The position numbers were made by a program, and so were the translations under genes. Shown piece after piece: positions 40,913 through 49,481 of a stretch of DNA of 64,000 bases; position 1 is the stretch's first letter; the number at the start of each line of letters is the position of its first letter. The stretch comes from an uncultured candidate division Zixibacteria bacterium (GTDB taxonomy: Bacteria; Zixibacteria; MSB-5A5; UBA10806; 4484-95): positions 352,001-416,000 of the forward strand of contig CAXXKA010000008.1 in NCBI GenBank assembly GCA_963668625.2, given 5' to 3'. The notes beneath the pieces are model-generated. The model made no database searches, was not told the origin of the DNA, and saw nothing but the letters and a program-made list of their open reading frames with translations.

Positions 40913-41626
40913 CTACAACCCCAACCACATAATCCCCGCACCCGAGGCAAAAATTATGAAGCCTGCCAACGCGTGGCTGTAACGCTCTAGCTTGCCCATC
41001 GGGAGAAGACTGTAGCCTTTCGATACCAGCAGGACTATGGCTGTCATGGTGGAGATCGTGACAAGCGCGAATACGCCGGCTACCAGCATCATGGCGCCCC
41101 AACTGCTTTGCGAGGCCGGGTACATCAGGGTAGGGATAAGCGGCTCGCACGGCCCGAATACGAATATCAGGAACAACACCCAGGGAGTGATATTGACCTT
41201 GCCGGTTGTCTCGTGCACATGCGCGTGCTCCTCGTGATGAGAGTGTTCGTGCTCGTGGGAGACGCCGTTACTGTGGAAATGCGTATGGGTGTGCGGCTTG
41301 TTCTTTATCGCGCGGCGGACACCCCAGGCGAAATACAGTAGCCCGAAACCGATAAACATCCACGCCGCCAGGTCACCGCGCACCGACTCGAACGCCTCGA
41401 GCTTACCAACAGCTATCCCCAGCGCCACACCTAAAAGCCCCAGCACGACCGAGCCGAGCACATGCCCGATACCACAGAGCACGGTGATAACGGTGGTCTT
41501 CGCCATCGACCAGTTACGGGCTTTGGAGATTACTATAAACGGCAGGTAATGATCGGGGCCCATCAGGGTATGCAAAAAGCCGATAGAGGCGGCGGTCAGC
41601 AGAAGTATCGATATTTCCTCGGGCAT
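40913..41626 (-). CDS. Ni/Co transporter-like membrane protein (UreH/RcnA/TauE superfamily) with His-rich loop
   Basis: HTLMGPDHYLP, GIGHV, HTHTHFH..HEHEHSHHEEHAHVH, GPCEPLIP; start at ATG 41626. Confidence 0.8.
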   Translation of the reverse strand: MPEEISILLLTAASIGFLHTLMGPDHYLPFIVISKARNWSMAKTTVITVLCGIGHVLGSVVLGLLGVALGIAVGKLEAFESVRGDLAAWMFIGFGLLYFAWGVRRAIKNKPHTHTHFHSNGVSHEHEHSHHEEHAHVHETTGKVNITPWVLFLIFVFGPCEPLIPTLMYPASQSSWGAMMLVAGVFALVTISTMTAIVLLVSKGYSLLPMGKLERYSHALAGFIIFASGAGIMWLGL

Positions 41627-41725
41627 AATTAAATCCTTTTCGTTAATATGAATCGATAGCTTTATTACGAAGTCCCACAAAGGAAGTTCAAGAGAATTTT
41701 AGATGATCGTAAAAACTGGTAATAA

Positions 41726-42844
41726 TTATTTTCGCAGAAGTCTGACAATTACCTCATCGGCCACCAGAAAGCCTTTCTCGGTCAGTACTATGTTGTTGAG
41801 CTTGCGGGCGAGGAATCCCTCGTTTTTCATCTGCTCGTAAGTTTCCTCGTTAATCGCCTCTTTGACTATATTGTAGCCGATACCCTCGGCCAGGCGTAAC
41901 CCCAGCAGTAAACGTTCCTCAGCGCGCTGCAAAGGGTCGAGTTTCTCCCGGAAATTTATCGGCGCTTTGCCTTTTTTAATCGAGGCCAGGTATTTATCCA
42001 TGCTCTTGTAATGCGACATCCGCCGTTCGCCATCATAGGAATGCGCGGCCGGCCCCAGCCCGAGAAAAACATCATCCCGCCAGTACTTGACATTGTGCAT
42101 ACTCTCGTAACCGAATTTCGCGAAATTGGAGATCTCGTAACGATTGAAACCGGCATCAACGAGCACCCGACACATCTCCTGGTACATCTCGGCCTGGGTG
42201 TCGTTATCCGGCAGTGTCAGCTCGCCACTTGCCACCATCGTATCGAAAGGCGTGCCTTTCTCGATAGTCAGGCCGTAGGCCGAAACATGCACGGGATTCT
42301 TGTTGACAGTCTCCCACAGCGTATCGCGCCAGCTATCGATAGTCTGGCCCGGCACCCCGAAAATCAGGTCGACACTCACGCGCTCGAACCCGGCCTTGAA
42401 CGCCGAGTCTATGGCTGCCGAGGCTTTGGCGCTATCATGAATGCGCCCCAGCGTTTTCAGTACGCCGTCATCGAAAGACTGCACGCCGACAGAGACACGG
42501 TTAACACCGGCGGCTTTGACCCGCGCCAACAAATCATCGCTGACAGTTTCGGGATTGGCCTCGATAGTGATCTCGGAGCGGGGAGAGATATTGAATGTCG
42601 TACGAAGGTTTTTGATAACCGCTTTGATAGTTTCCGAACTTACCAGCGTAGGCGTACCGCCGCCGAAATAAATCGTGTTATAAACTCTGTCTTTCCATTT
42701 GGTTTTAGCGTGGATTTGTATCTCGGTTAAAAGCGCATCGCTAAACTCATTGATTAAATCGTCATCCTTTTCCACCGAGTAGAAATCGCAGTAGGGGCAT
42801 TTGCTCTGGCAGAAAGGGATATGAACGTATATCCCAGCCGGCAT
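41726..42844 (-). CDS. hemW: Radical SAM heme chaperone HemW (HemN-like)
   Basis: IYVHIPFCQSKCPYCDF, YFGGGTPT, YEISNFA, HNVKYW, GLGPAAHS. Confidence 0.92.
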   Translation of the reverse strand: MPAGIYVHIPFCQSKCPYCDFYSVEKDDDLINEFSDALLTEIQIHAKTKWKDRVYNTIYFGGGTPTLVSSETIKAVIKNLRTTFNISPRSEITIEANPETVSDDLLARVKAAGVNRVSVGVQSFDDGVLKTLGRIHDSAKASAAIDSAFKAGFERVSVDLIFGVPGQTIDSWRDTLWETVNKNPVHVSAYGLTIEKGTPFDTMVASGELTLPDNDTQAEMYQEMCRVLVDAGFNRYEISNFAKFGYESMHNVKYWRDDVFLGLGPAAHSYDGERRMSHYKSMDKYLASIKKGKAPINFREKLDPLQRAEERLLLGLRLAEGIGYNIVKEAINEETYEQMKNEGFLARKLNNIVLTEKGFLVADEVIVRLLRK

Positions 42845-43067
42845 AAAGTTACCTCGTGATCAATATATGATATATGTAAAGATAATTCAACGAAAAAAGC
42901 GCACGGGATGTGGATTCCGGCGGCATTACGAAGCGGCGCTTCGTAACGAGGTGGGAGCATAGTCAATCAAAGCCTGTAATCGCGAGGACCGTAGGGACGA
43001 AGCACCGTAGGGATCACTTATGGGACAATCCGTTGAAATCGATCAGTTTGCTAATTAGCGAAATATC

Positions 43068-43847
43068 TTATTTCAACAGCACCATCTTCTTCGAAAAACT
43101 CTGACTGCTGTTTTCCGAGGTTACATTCAGCCGCGCGAAATAGATTCCCGAGCTTACGGGATCACCCGAGCCGTTCGTGCCATCCCAGGTTAGCTGATGG
43201 TAACCTGCGCTGAGATCATTAACGACGAAGCGGGTTACCACACGGCCGAGAACATCGTAGATATCGAGCTGTATATCGGATGGCGAGGCCAGCGAGTAGT
43301 GTATGATCGTGTTGGAGTTAAATGGATTGGGGTAGATGATATTCAGGCCGGTTTGCAGGGGAAGGTTAGGGTCATCGACTGAGTTTATGGGTTCACCGAT
43401 CACCTCGATAGCCCAACTATCCCACATGAAAAACTCGCCAAATCCCGCCCAGCGCGATACTCTCATAATCCACTGGCCGTGCGCGTTCAACCCGACATAA
43501 TCATCGAGACTGCCCGGACCGTCCTCCTCCTCCTCGGTATCGAACCAGCAGTTGAGATATATCCGCAAGTGGTTGTGGTCATCTAACCTGACAACATCGG
43601 CGGTTGGTGATACTACATCGATTATTAGACTACCGTTCATAGAATTAGTCTCTATTCCTACGTAGAAATTAATATCGTTGATTATAATGTGGCTAGGAAT
43701 ATTTATAGTATCCGCAATTGGCGGTTCACCTTCATCGGGCACATAAACATTCGGGTATGAATGGAATGTAAAGGTCTCATCGGCAAGGGAGAATGAGAAA
43801 CACAACAAGATTATTATAAACGCCAAGGATGCAATTTTATTCGTCAT
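43068..43847 (-). CDS. Secreted protein: proprotein-convertase P-domain-like region plus FlgD/T9SS-type C-terminal domain
   Basis: Signal peptide; GPGSLDDYVG.NAHGQWIMRV; YPNPFNS...WDGTNGSGDPVSSGIYFARL...KKMVLLK. Confidence 0.8.
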   Translation of the reverse strand: MTNKIASLAFIIILLCFSFSLADETFTFHSYPNVYVPDEGEPPIADTINIPSHIIINDINFYVGIETNSMNGSLIIDVVSPTADVVRLDDHNHLRIYLNCWFDTEEEEDGPGSLDDYVGLNAHGQWIMRVSRWAGFGEFFMWDSWAIEVIGEPINSVDDPNLPLQTGLNIIYPNPFNSNTIIHYSLASPSDIQLDIYDVLGRVVTRFVVNDLSAGYHQLTWDGTNGSGDPVSSGIYFARLNVTSENSSQSFSKKMVLLK

Positions 43848-44580
43848 TGTTTTGCTCCTTTGTGTATATGGTTAAATCTAAAACTGTTTTATCTATTTCC
43901 GCTGTAATCGTGTTTCCTCTAGTACTTAAAATACTATAGCCGCAAAGATTAAAGGTATTTTTGCTATGCTTGTATGCATAAAAATATTCTCTTTCACCGG
44001 TAAGTAAGGTATCTTCACTATAATATTGAAATACCTTATCAATATTTAACTTGGGTAAAACAAAATATTGTTGAGCACCATCTAAAAATTCAGTTTCATT
44101 ATTAAAATCGTACTCAACAATAATATGAATAAATTCATTATACCACCCGGAGAATCTGAATCTAACACTATCTATATCTACAACAAAAAAGAATTCTTTT
44201 CGATCATATAAAGCAATAATATAGTTATCTAAATAATTAAATATGTCTTCATTGTAGTATGTTTTATTTAAATAAATTGAGAGAAATTTCTTTAAATATT
44301 CTTTGTCTTCATCTTTAACACCGGCTTGTTCTCCTAATGGTTTGTCATAGTAATATCCGGGATATTTTATATTATCAGTACGGGTTAAGTCATCATAGGG
44401 TGAAGTCGCACTTTTTAGGAGTATTTTTGACATATCCAAGCCAAGTTTTCCATAAATAAAAGGAGATATCATTGAGTAATCATCATCAAATATTTTGGTA
44501 ATGGTATCCGCAAAAACATTAATTGACATATTAAATACAGCTATTAAAAAGATTATCTTAAGGGTGTGTACAATTTGCAT
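43837..44580 (-). CDS. Secreted hypothetical protein, AT-rich, overlapping both neighbours
   Basis: Signal-like N-terminus; overlaps the upstream gene by 23 bp and the downstream gene by 11 bp. Confidence 0.7.
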   Translation of the reverse strand: MQIVHTLKIIFLIAVFNMSINVFADTITKIFDDDYSMISPFIYGKLGLDMSKILLKSATSPYDDLTRTDNIKYPGYYYDKPLGEQAGVKDEDKEYLKKFLSIYLNKTYYNEDIFNYLDNYIIALYDRKEFFFVVDIDSVRFRFSGWYNEFIHIIVEYDFNNETEFLDGAQQYFVLPKLNIDKVFQYYSEDTLLTGEREYFYAYKHSKNTFNLCGYSILSTRGNTITAEIDKTVLDLTIYTKEQNNDE

Positions 44581-46564
44581 CTCGTTCCTCCTGAATTTGA
44601 AAATAAGGGAATATTAGAAGTGATATAGTATTGTTTTGCCAATCATAATAAGCCGGCTCTATAGGTGGTGGTTCACTGGAATCACAGTTAATATTGAAGT
44701 AATATCGAAATTCTTGCGGATACCAGTTCTCCCAATCATCATTTTTATTCCATATTGGATCATAAATATGACTTACAACATTGGCAGTATCACTTCTATC
44801 TTCATATCTGGTTACCATATGATATCTAAAGTTATATGCCCCATCATCGAGATTTCCACCTACTCCTTCTATAGTCCACAATCTACACCATATGTTTGAT
44901 GAATAAGAACTATTTTGCCAATTTACCACGCGAGCGTATCCACTGCTATCAACTCTTCCAGAAATAATTGATCTTATGTTAGCGCTAATTCCTACACTAT
45001 GTGAACAAGCTGTCATGTATCTTGCAAAATCATAACACATACCTGACTCATTCCTGTATATTCCTAGCGGGTCAGGATATAGCGAGTATAGCCTGGTCGT
45101 ATCATTTGGTACATATTTATACCCCTCAGCATGAATTCCCGCAGAAGTATTTTCCAATATCTCAAATACATCATCCTCATTTGAGGAATATTTTACACAA
45201 ACCTTCTCAAGGCAAGCATCAATATTAATTGGATAGACACTCGAATGGGAATGAATCGGCGTATCATATATTCTATATATATCATGAGGACCGGTATCAA
45301 CTCCCCATCTTCTGGTCTGAGGGCTTACATAAAAAGCCCAGAGTAAAGTTATAGAACTCATACCTATTGTATGAGGTAAATTACCTGTAGTCGTTATATC
45401 ATTAATCTCCGTCTCCGCAAAACGTTCAAAATTCAAATCCATTTCGTCTATCTGGAAGTTAGTATCAGCGGGATCGGGAAATATTTTCAACCTTGCATTG
45501 AAAGTATGATATGGGCTAAATGTAGTTCTAATTTTCGCGTTAAAATTAAGAGGATTGTTTCTTATATAACAAACCGGTTCATTCTTGCCTGTATTTTTCC
45601 ATTGCGGTTGTTTGATAGGCTCGGTCCTACTCGTATCAGGTGGAGTTCCAGTTATCTTTTCCTTACATAAAGACATACTGTTCGTGAAACTTATTTCCTC
45701 AACCCAGAATTTCTGAAGATATATATTCACGCTGCTCGATGGCCCGGTTTGAGCATCCGTAACGCAGCCTGTTTTTCTCGGATAAACCGTTAATATATCC
45801 CGTCGAGGAATATTAAAATGAGAGTTCGGATTATTATACATCGTTCTTAGAGTTCCAGTAGGCAACCAAGTTTCATAAATAGCCCAACCATTTTGTGTAC
45901 TATAGTATCTTCCAGTAGAAACCAACGAATCATCACCACCGTTAGATTTTAATATAATATCAACGATGTTGTCAGGCTCATCAGGGTTTGGTGACCATCT
46001 TGCCCAGACTTTGATTCTAATACTTTCATCAATATCTATTGTACCATATGATGGAATATGCTCATCAAAAGAGCTATATATTTGAGGTTGCATAAAATCA
46101 GGAATTCTTGATTCGTTTGTTTTGGGGAAATCAAACTCGTATTGCTCGTATTCATAATCGCGCCATACAAGCGTTAATCTAAAATGTCCGCTGTATCGTA
46201 CCCTTACCGTATAATAGTTCAAAAAATGTGTCGCTACACCAAGACATGGATATGGGCACCAGCACGGATAACACAATTTAGCACATCCCCTTTTGTAATA
46301 TGTAACATGACCGCCGAAATTAAAAGGCTCATGACAATCATCAAACATTATAAAATACGGCATTTCTCCATCTGTTGAATCACCATCGGCGCAAGTAGTA
46401 AGGATTAAAAAGTGAAAATCAACATAACTTTCCTCAGCGTGCGGTTCAGCCGTTGCCCATAGCTTATCATACCCATTATAATACGGGCATTTACAGCCTT
46501 GACCTAAAACAGAACCATATAAAGCCCCGACCAGCATAAGTACAAATAGAAGTTTTTTATACAT
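44558..46564 (-). CDS. Large secreted Cys-rich protein with a C-terminal transglutaminase/papain-like domain
   Basis: Signal peptide; GMCYDFARYM...SVGISA, FRYHMV, HIYDP, a Cys-His-Asp order typical of transglutaminase-like folds; start set at ATG 46564. Confidence 0.65.
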   Translation of the reverse strand: MYKKLLFVLMLVGALYGSVLGQGCKCPYYNGYDKLWATAEPHAEESYVDFHFLILTTCADGDSTDGEMPYFIMFDDCHEPFNFGGHVTYYKRGCAKLCYPCWCPYPCLGVATHFLNYYTVRVRYSGHFRLTLVWRDYEYEQYEFDFPKTNESRIPDFMQPQIYSSFDEHIPSYGTIDIDESIRIKVWARWSPNPDEPDNIVDIILKSNGGDDSLVSTGRYYSTQNGWAIYETWLPTGTLRTMYNNPNSHFNIPRRDILTVYPRKTGCVTDAQTGPSSSVNIYLQKFWVEEISFTNSMSLCKEKITGTPPDTSRTEPIKQPQWKNTGKNEPVCYIRNNPLNFNAKIRTTFSPYHTFNARLKIFPDPADTNFQIDEMDLNFERFAETEINDITTTGNLPHTIGMSSITLLWAFYVSPQTRRWGVDTGPHDIYRIYDTPIHSHSSVYPINIDACLEKVCVKYSSNEDDVFEILENTSAGIHAEGYKYVPNDTTRLYSLYPDPLGIYRNESGMCYDFARYMTACSHSVGISANIRSIISGRVDSSGYARVVNWQNSSYSSNIWCRLWTIEGVGGNLDDGAYNFRYHMVTRYEDRSDTANVVSHIYDPIWNKNDDWENWYPQEFRYYFNINCDSSEPPPIEPAYYDWQNNTISLLIFPYFQIQEERDANCTHP

Positions 46565-46663
46565 GACATTCCCCACAATGTATTGTTTTAACTGTTAATA
46601 ATAAAGCAAAATGTGTCCGTGATGTCAAGTAAAATTTATATTAATTATAAAAAAATAATTAAA

Positions 46664-47338
46664 TCAAATCCCGGCAAATAATCTATCCCAGCCTATGCGG
46701 GAGGGGAAATGGAAGAGATTGTAAAACAGTATACTGATCGCCGGAGTGATATACGGGCTCTCCATCTCGGGAGCGTTGGGATCGGGTTTCCACGACCAGT
46801 AGACGAACAGGCCTTTGCCCTTGATCGTGTCGATATTAACCATTCCGAAGTGACGGCTGTCCTCGCCCTCATCGCGATTATCACAGAGAACGTAAACCGC
46901 GCCGGCGGGAATCTGTACCGGCCCGAAATTGTCGCGATTGGAATACTCCGCCGAGAGCGCACGATGATCGCTGAACTTCACCTTGTCGGAATCTACCATG
47001 AACTCGTTATCGACTATGACCTCTTTATCGATCAACTCTATTGTCTGGCCCTCGCGCGCCACTATTCGCCCCGAGGTCAGCTCATCGATTTTAAACGGAT
47101 GCTCGAACACGATCAAATCACCGACCTTCGGCTCGCCTGTCATATAGGCCAGTTGGGAGGTCAGGAGGAAATCTCCCTGATATAAGGCGTTCTCCATATC
47201 GCGCGACTTATTGTGGTAAGGCATGAACACGAACACCCGCACAACAAGGCCTATCAGGGTGACAATAATAGCGGCCTTGATAAGCTCCATTCGACGGTTA
47301 CCACGTCGATATTTCACGCGCTGCATTTTAGGACTCAT
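46664..47338 (-). CDS. Signal peptidase I (S26) homologue lacking the catalytic Ser and Lys
   Basis: Boxes present (MENALYQGDFL, GDLIVF..P, DNR....DSRHFG, IKGK..FVYWSW) but SxSM reads SRDM and KR reads GR. Confidence 0.85.
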   Translation of the reverse strand: MSPKMQRVKYRRGNRRMELIKAAIIVTLIGLVVRVFVFMPYHNKSRDMENALYQGDFLLTSQLAYMTGEPKVGDLIVFEHPFKIDELTSGRIVAREGQTIELIDKEVIVDNEFMVDSDKVKFSDHRALSAEYSNRDNFGPVQIPAGAVYVLCDNRDEGEDSRHFGMVNIDTIKGKGLFVYWSWKPDPNAPEMESPYITPAISILFYNLFHFPSRIGWDRLFAGI

Positions 47339-47345
47339 ATTTTCG

Positions 47346-47372
47346 ATATCGGCAGAATACAGTCGATATTTA
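47346..47372 (-). promoter_or_regulatory. Sigma28(FliA)-like promoter for the S26 homologue
   Basis: Minus strand TAAA-N15-GCCGATAT, 7 nt before the ATG. Confidence 0.45.
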
Positions 47373-47708
47373 TCTATTTCTATACTCTTAAGATATTAAA
47401 TCGCAAGCGGTAACGAGTAATAGTCGTGAATAGGGTCAAAAAAATAACCGTATCGCCATTAACAGCGACACGGCTATAACGAGTAGTGAGGTGTAGGAAA
47501 TTGCTTTCTTATAATTTAATACCTTATTGTCATAATTATTGTTCCCGATAATGAAAATTATTTTCAGATAAAGTTGGCCGGATCATTCCAATAAACCACA
47601 GGAATAAACGACCGGGAACATTGAATGGAAATATCACCAGATAGCGATTATCTATTCTCATGAAATACCTTGTTTGAGCTATAAAATCAGGCTATATATC
47701 AACTCAAT

Positions 47709-48425
47709 ATGATAAAATTAGCAACTTTCGATATCGATGGCACCTTGATGCGCCGTCACGAAAACGCCAAAACGCTGAAAATCGAGGCATTCGATATGGC
47801 GGTCAGGCAAACTTTCGGTATAGCCGAGTTTAATTACATCGACCATCTGAAAACCTCCATGTACGGCATGACCGATCGTTCAATAATGCGGCTTTTGATG
47901 CTAGAACTGGGTGTCAAGCAAGCGGAATTGGACGATAAATTCGAGATTCTGTTCGAAAATATATTTGCTTACTTCAACAACCATCCCGAACACACAACCG
48001 ATAAGGACTATTACCTTCTGAAAGGCGTGGTACCTCTTCTGGATAAATTCAAGCAGGCAGGTATCGTGATGGGCCTCGCTACCGGTAATTATCAACTTTT
48101 CGCCAGGTGGAAAGTTGACGGTCTCGGTATCGGTGACTATTTTACGTTTGGCGGTTTCGGCAACGAGGCCGAGGACAGGGCCGAAATCGTTGGGATCGCT
48201 TTAAAGCACGGGGGCTTGAACGGCTCGTGTGCAATCCATTTTGGTGATACTCCGGTGGATATCCAAGCAGCTCACAGCAACCGTATATTGGCCGGGGCGA
48301 TTACCCTTGAGGGTGGCGCCACATTCGGCCGGGATGAGTTAAATCGTGCCGGAGCGGATCTGCTGATCGATAGCTGGCAAGATATCGATATGATAATGAG
48401 ATTTATTGAAAATCAAGCCGAATAA
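47709..48425 (+). CDS. HAD-superfamily hydrolase
   Basis: FDIDGTL, GMTD, LATGN, GGFG, FGDTPVDIQAA. Confidence 0.9.
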   Translation: MIKLATFDIDGTLMRRHENAKTLKIEAFDMAVRQTFGIAEFNYIDHLKTSMYGMTDRSIMRLLMLELGVKQAELDDKFEILFENIFAYFNNHPEHTTDKDYYLLKGVVPLLDKFKQAGIVMGLATGNYQLFARWKVDGLGIGDYFTFGGFGNEAEDRAEIVGIALKHGGLNGSCAIHFGDTPVDIQAAHSNRILAGAITLEGGATFGRDELNRAGADLLIDSWQDIDMIMRFIENQAE

Positions 48426-48518
48426 TCGAATCACTCGATTGTATAAAGATAAACTCTATATTTCGTTTAACAATGTTAACGAAATCCCGTATTCAAAGCT
48501 GGACTCACGGAGGAAATA

Positions 48519-49151
48519 ATGAAAAAGCTCGCAATTATAGTAACTGCAATCGTAATGGCGTTATCGGCCGGCTCCGTGTACTCGCAAGATTCCGATTTCG
48601 GTTTGAAAATAGGTATCAACCTTTCAAGCTTCACCGGGGATGATGCCGCCGATCTCGACCGCAAAACAGGTTTCCTCGGGGGAGCATATTTCGAGAAACG
48701 ACTGGGATCATCGGCGATACTTTGCCTGGAGGCCCTGTACTCGCAAAAAGGTAATATAAGCAGCGGCGAGCACGATAGTGTCAAGGTGGACATTACTCGG
48801 AAAATCGATTATCTCGATATCCCCATTACCTTTAAATTACATCCGGCCGAGATAAAACCGCTTAATATTTTTGTCGTGGGCGGATTGAATCCCTCGTTTA
48901 AATTAACCGGGACTGCAGTTTATGAGGGTAATGATTTTTACGCCAAAGAGAAAATAGAGAGACTTAAAGACTTCGATATCGGCTATGTAGTCGGCTGGGG
49001 TGTGTTTTTTGCCAGCGGCAGTCATCGCACCACCTTCGAGATGAGGTTCGTACAAAGCCTCGACTCGATATACGATAATAACCTTTTCCGTGATTTGAAA
49101 AACTCGACGATCACTTTTATCATTGGCACCAATTTTCAAAAGATAATTTAA
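48519..49151 (+). CDS. Outer-membrane beta-barrel (PorT-like) protein
   Basis: Signal peptide; FGLKIGINLS, EALYSQKG, YLDIP. Confidence 0.8.
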   Translation: MKKLAIIVTAIVMALSAGSVYSQDSDFGLKIGINLSSFTGDDAADLDRKTGFLGGAYFEKRLGSSAILCLEALYSQKGNISSGEHDSVKVDITRKIDYLDIPITFKLHPAEIKPLNIFVVGGLNPSFKLTGTAVYEGNDFYAKEKIERLKDFDIGYVVGWGVFFASGSHRTTFEMRFVQSLDSIYDNNLFRDLKNSTITFIIGTNFQKII

Positions 49152-49481
49152 GGCGCTGTTCTTCCCCTAAAGATTCTAATTTCTCGATAAATTAGTTCGT
49201 TCCACTAAATGTCCGGTCTTAGGTGAAAGTGCGCCCCAAGATGGCATTAGTTATACTAATATACAGTAACACCTTGCATCATCAGTATATGTCAGGATGA
49301 AAGCGGAGCGATATCCTGACACGCCAACCATATTATTATATCGAATAACATTTTTATCAACTACTTCCAGAGGAATCAAGCAATTGACTGAAAACACCGG
49401 ACACCGGTGAGTTTGTTCATATATCGATAACCTTCCAACGAAAATCAAATCGCCGCAAAGCAAAATCAAACCAATATCGTG

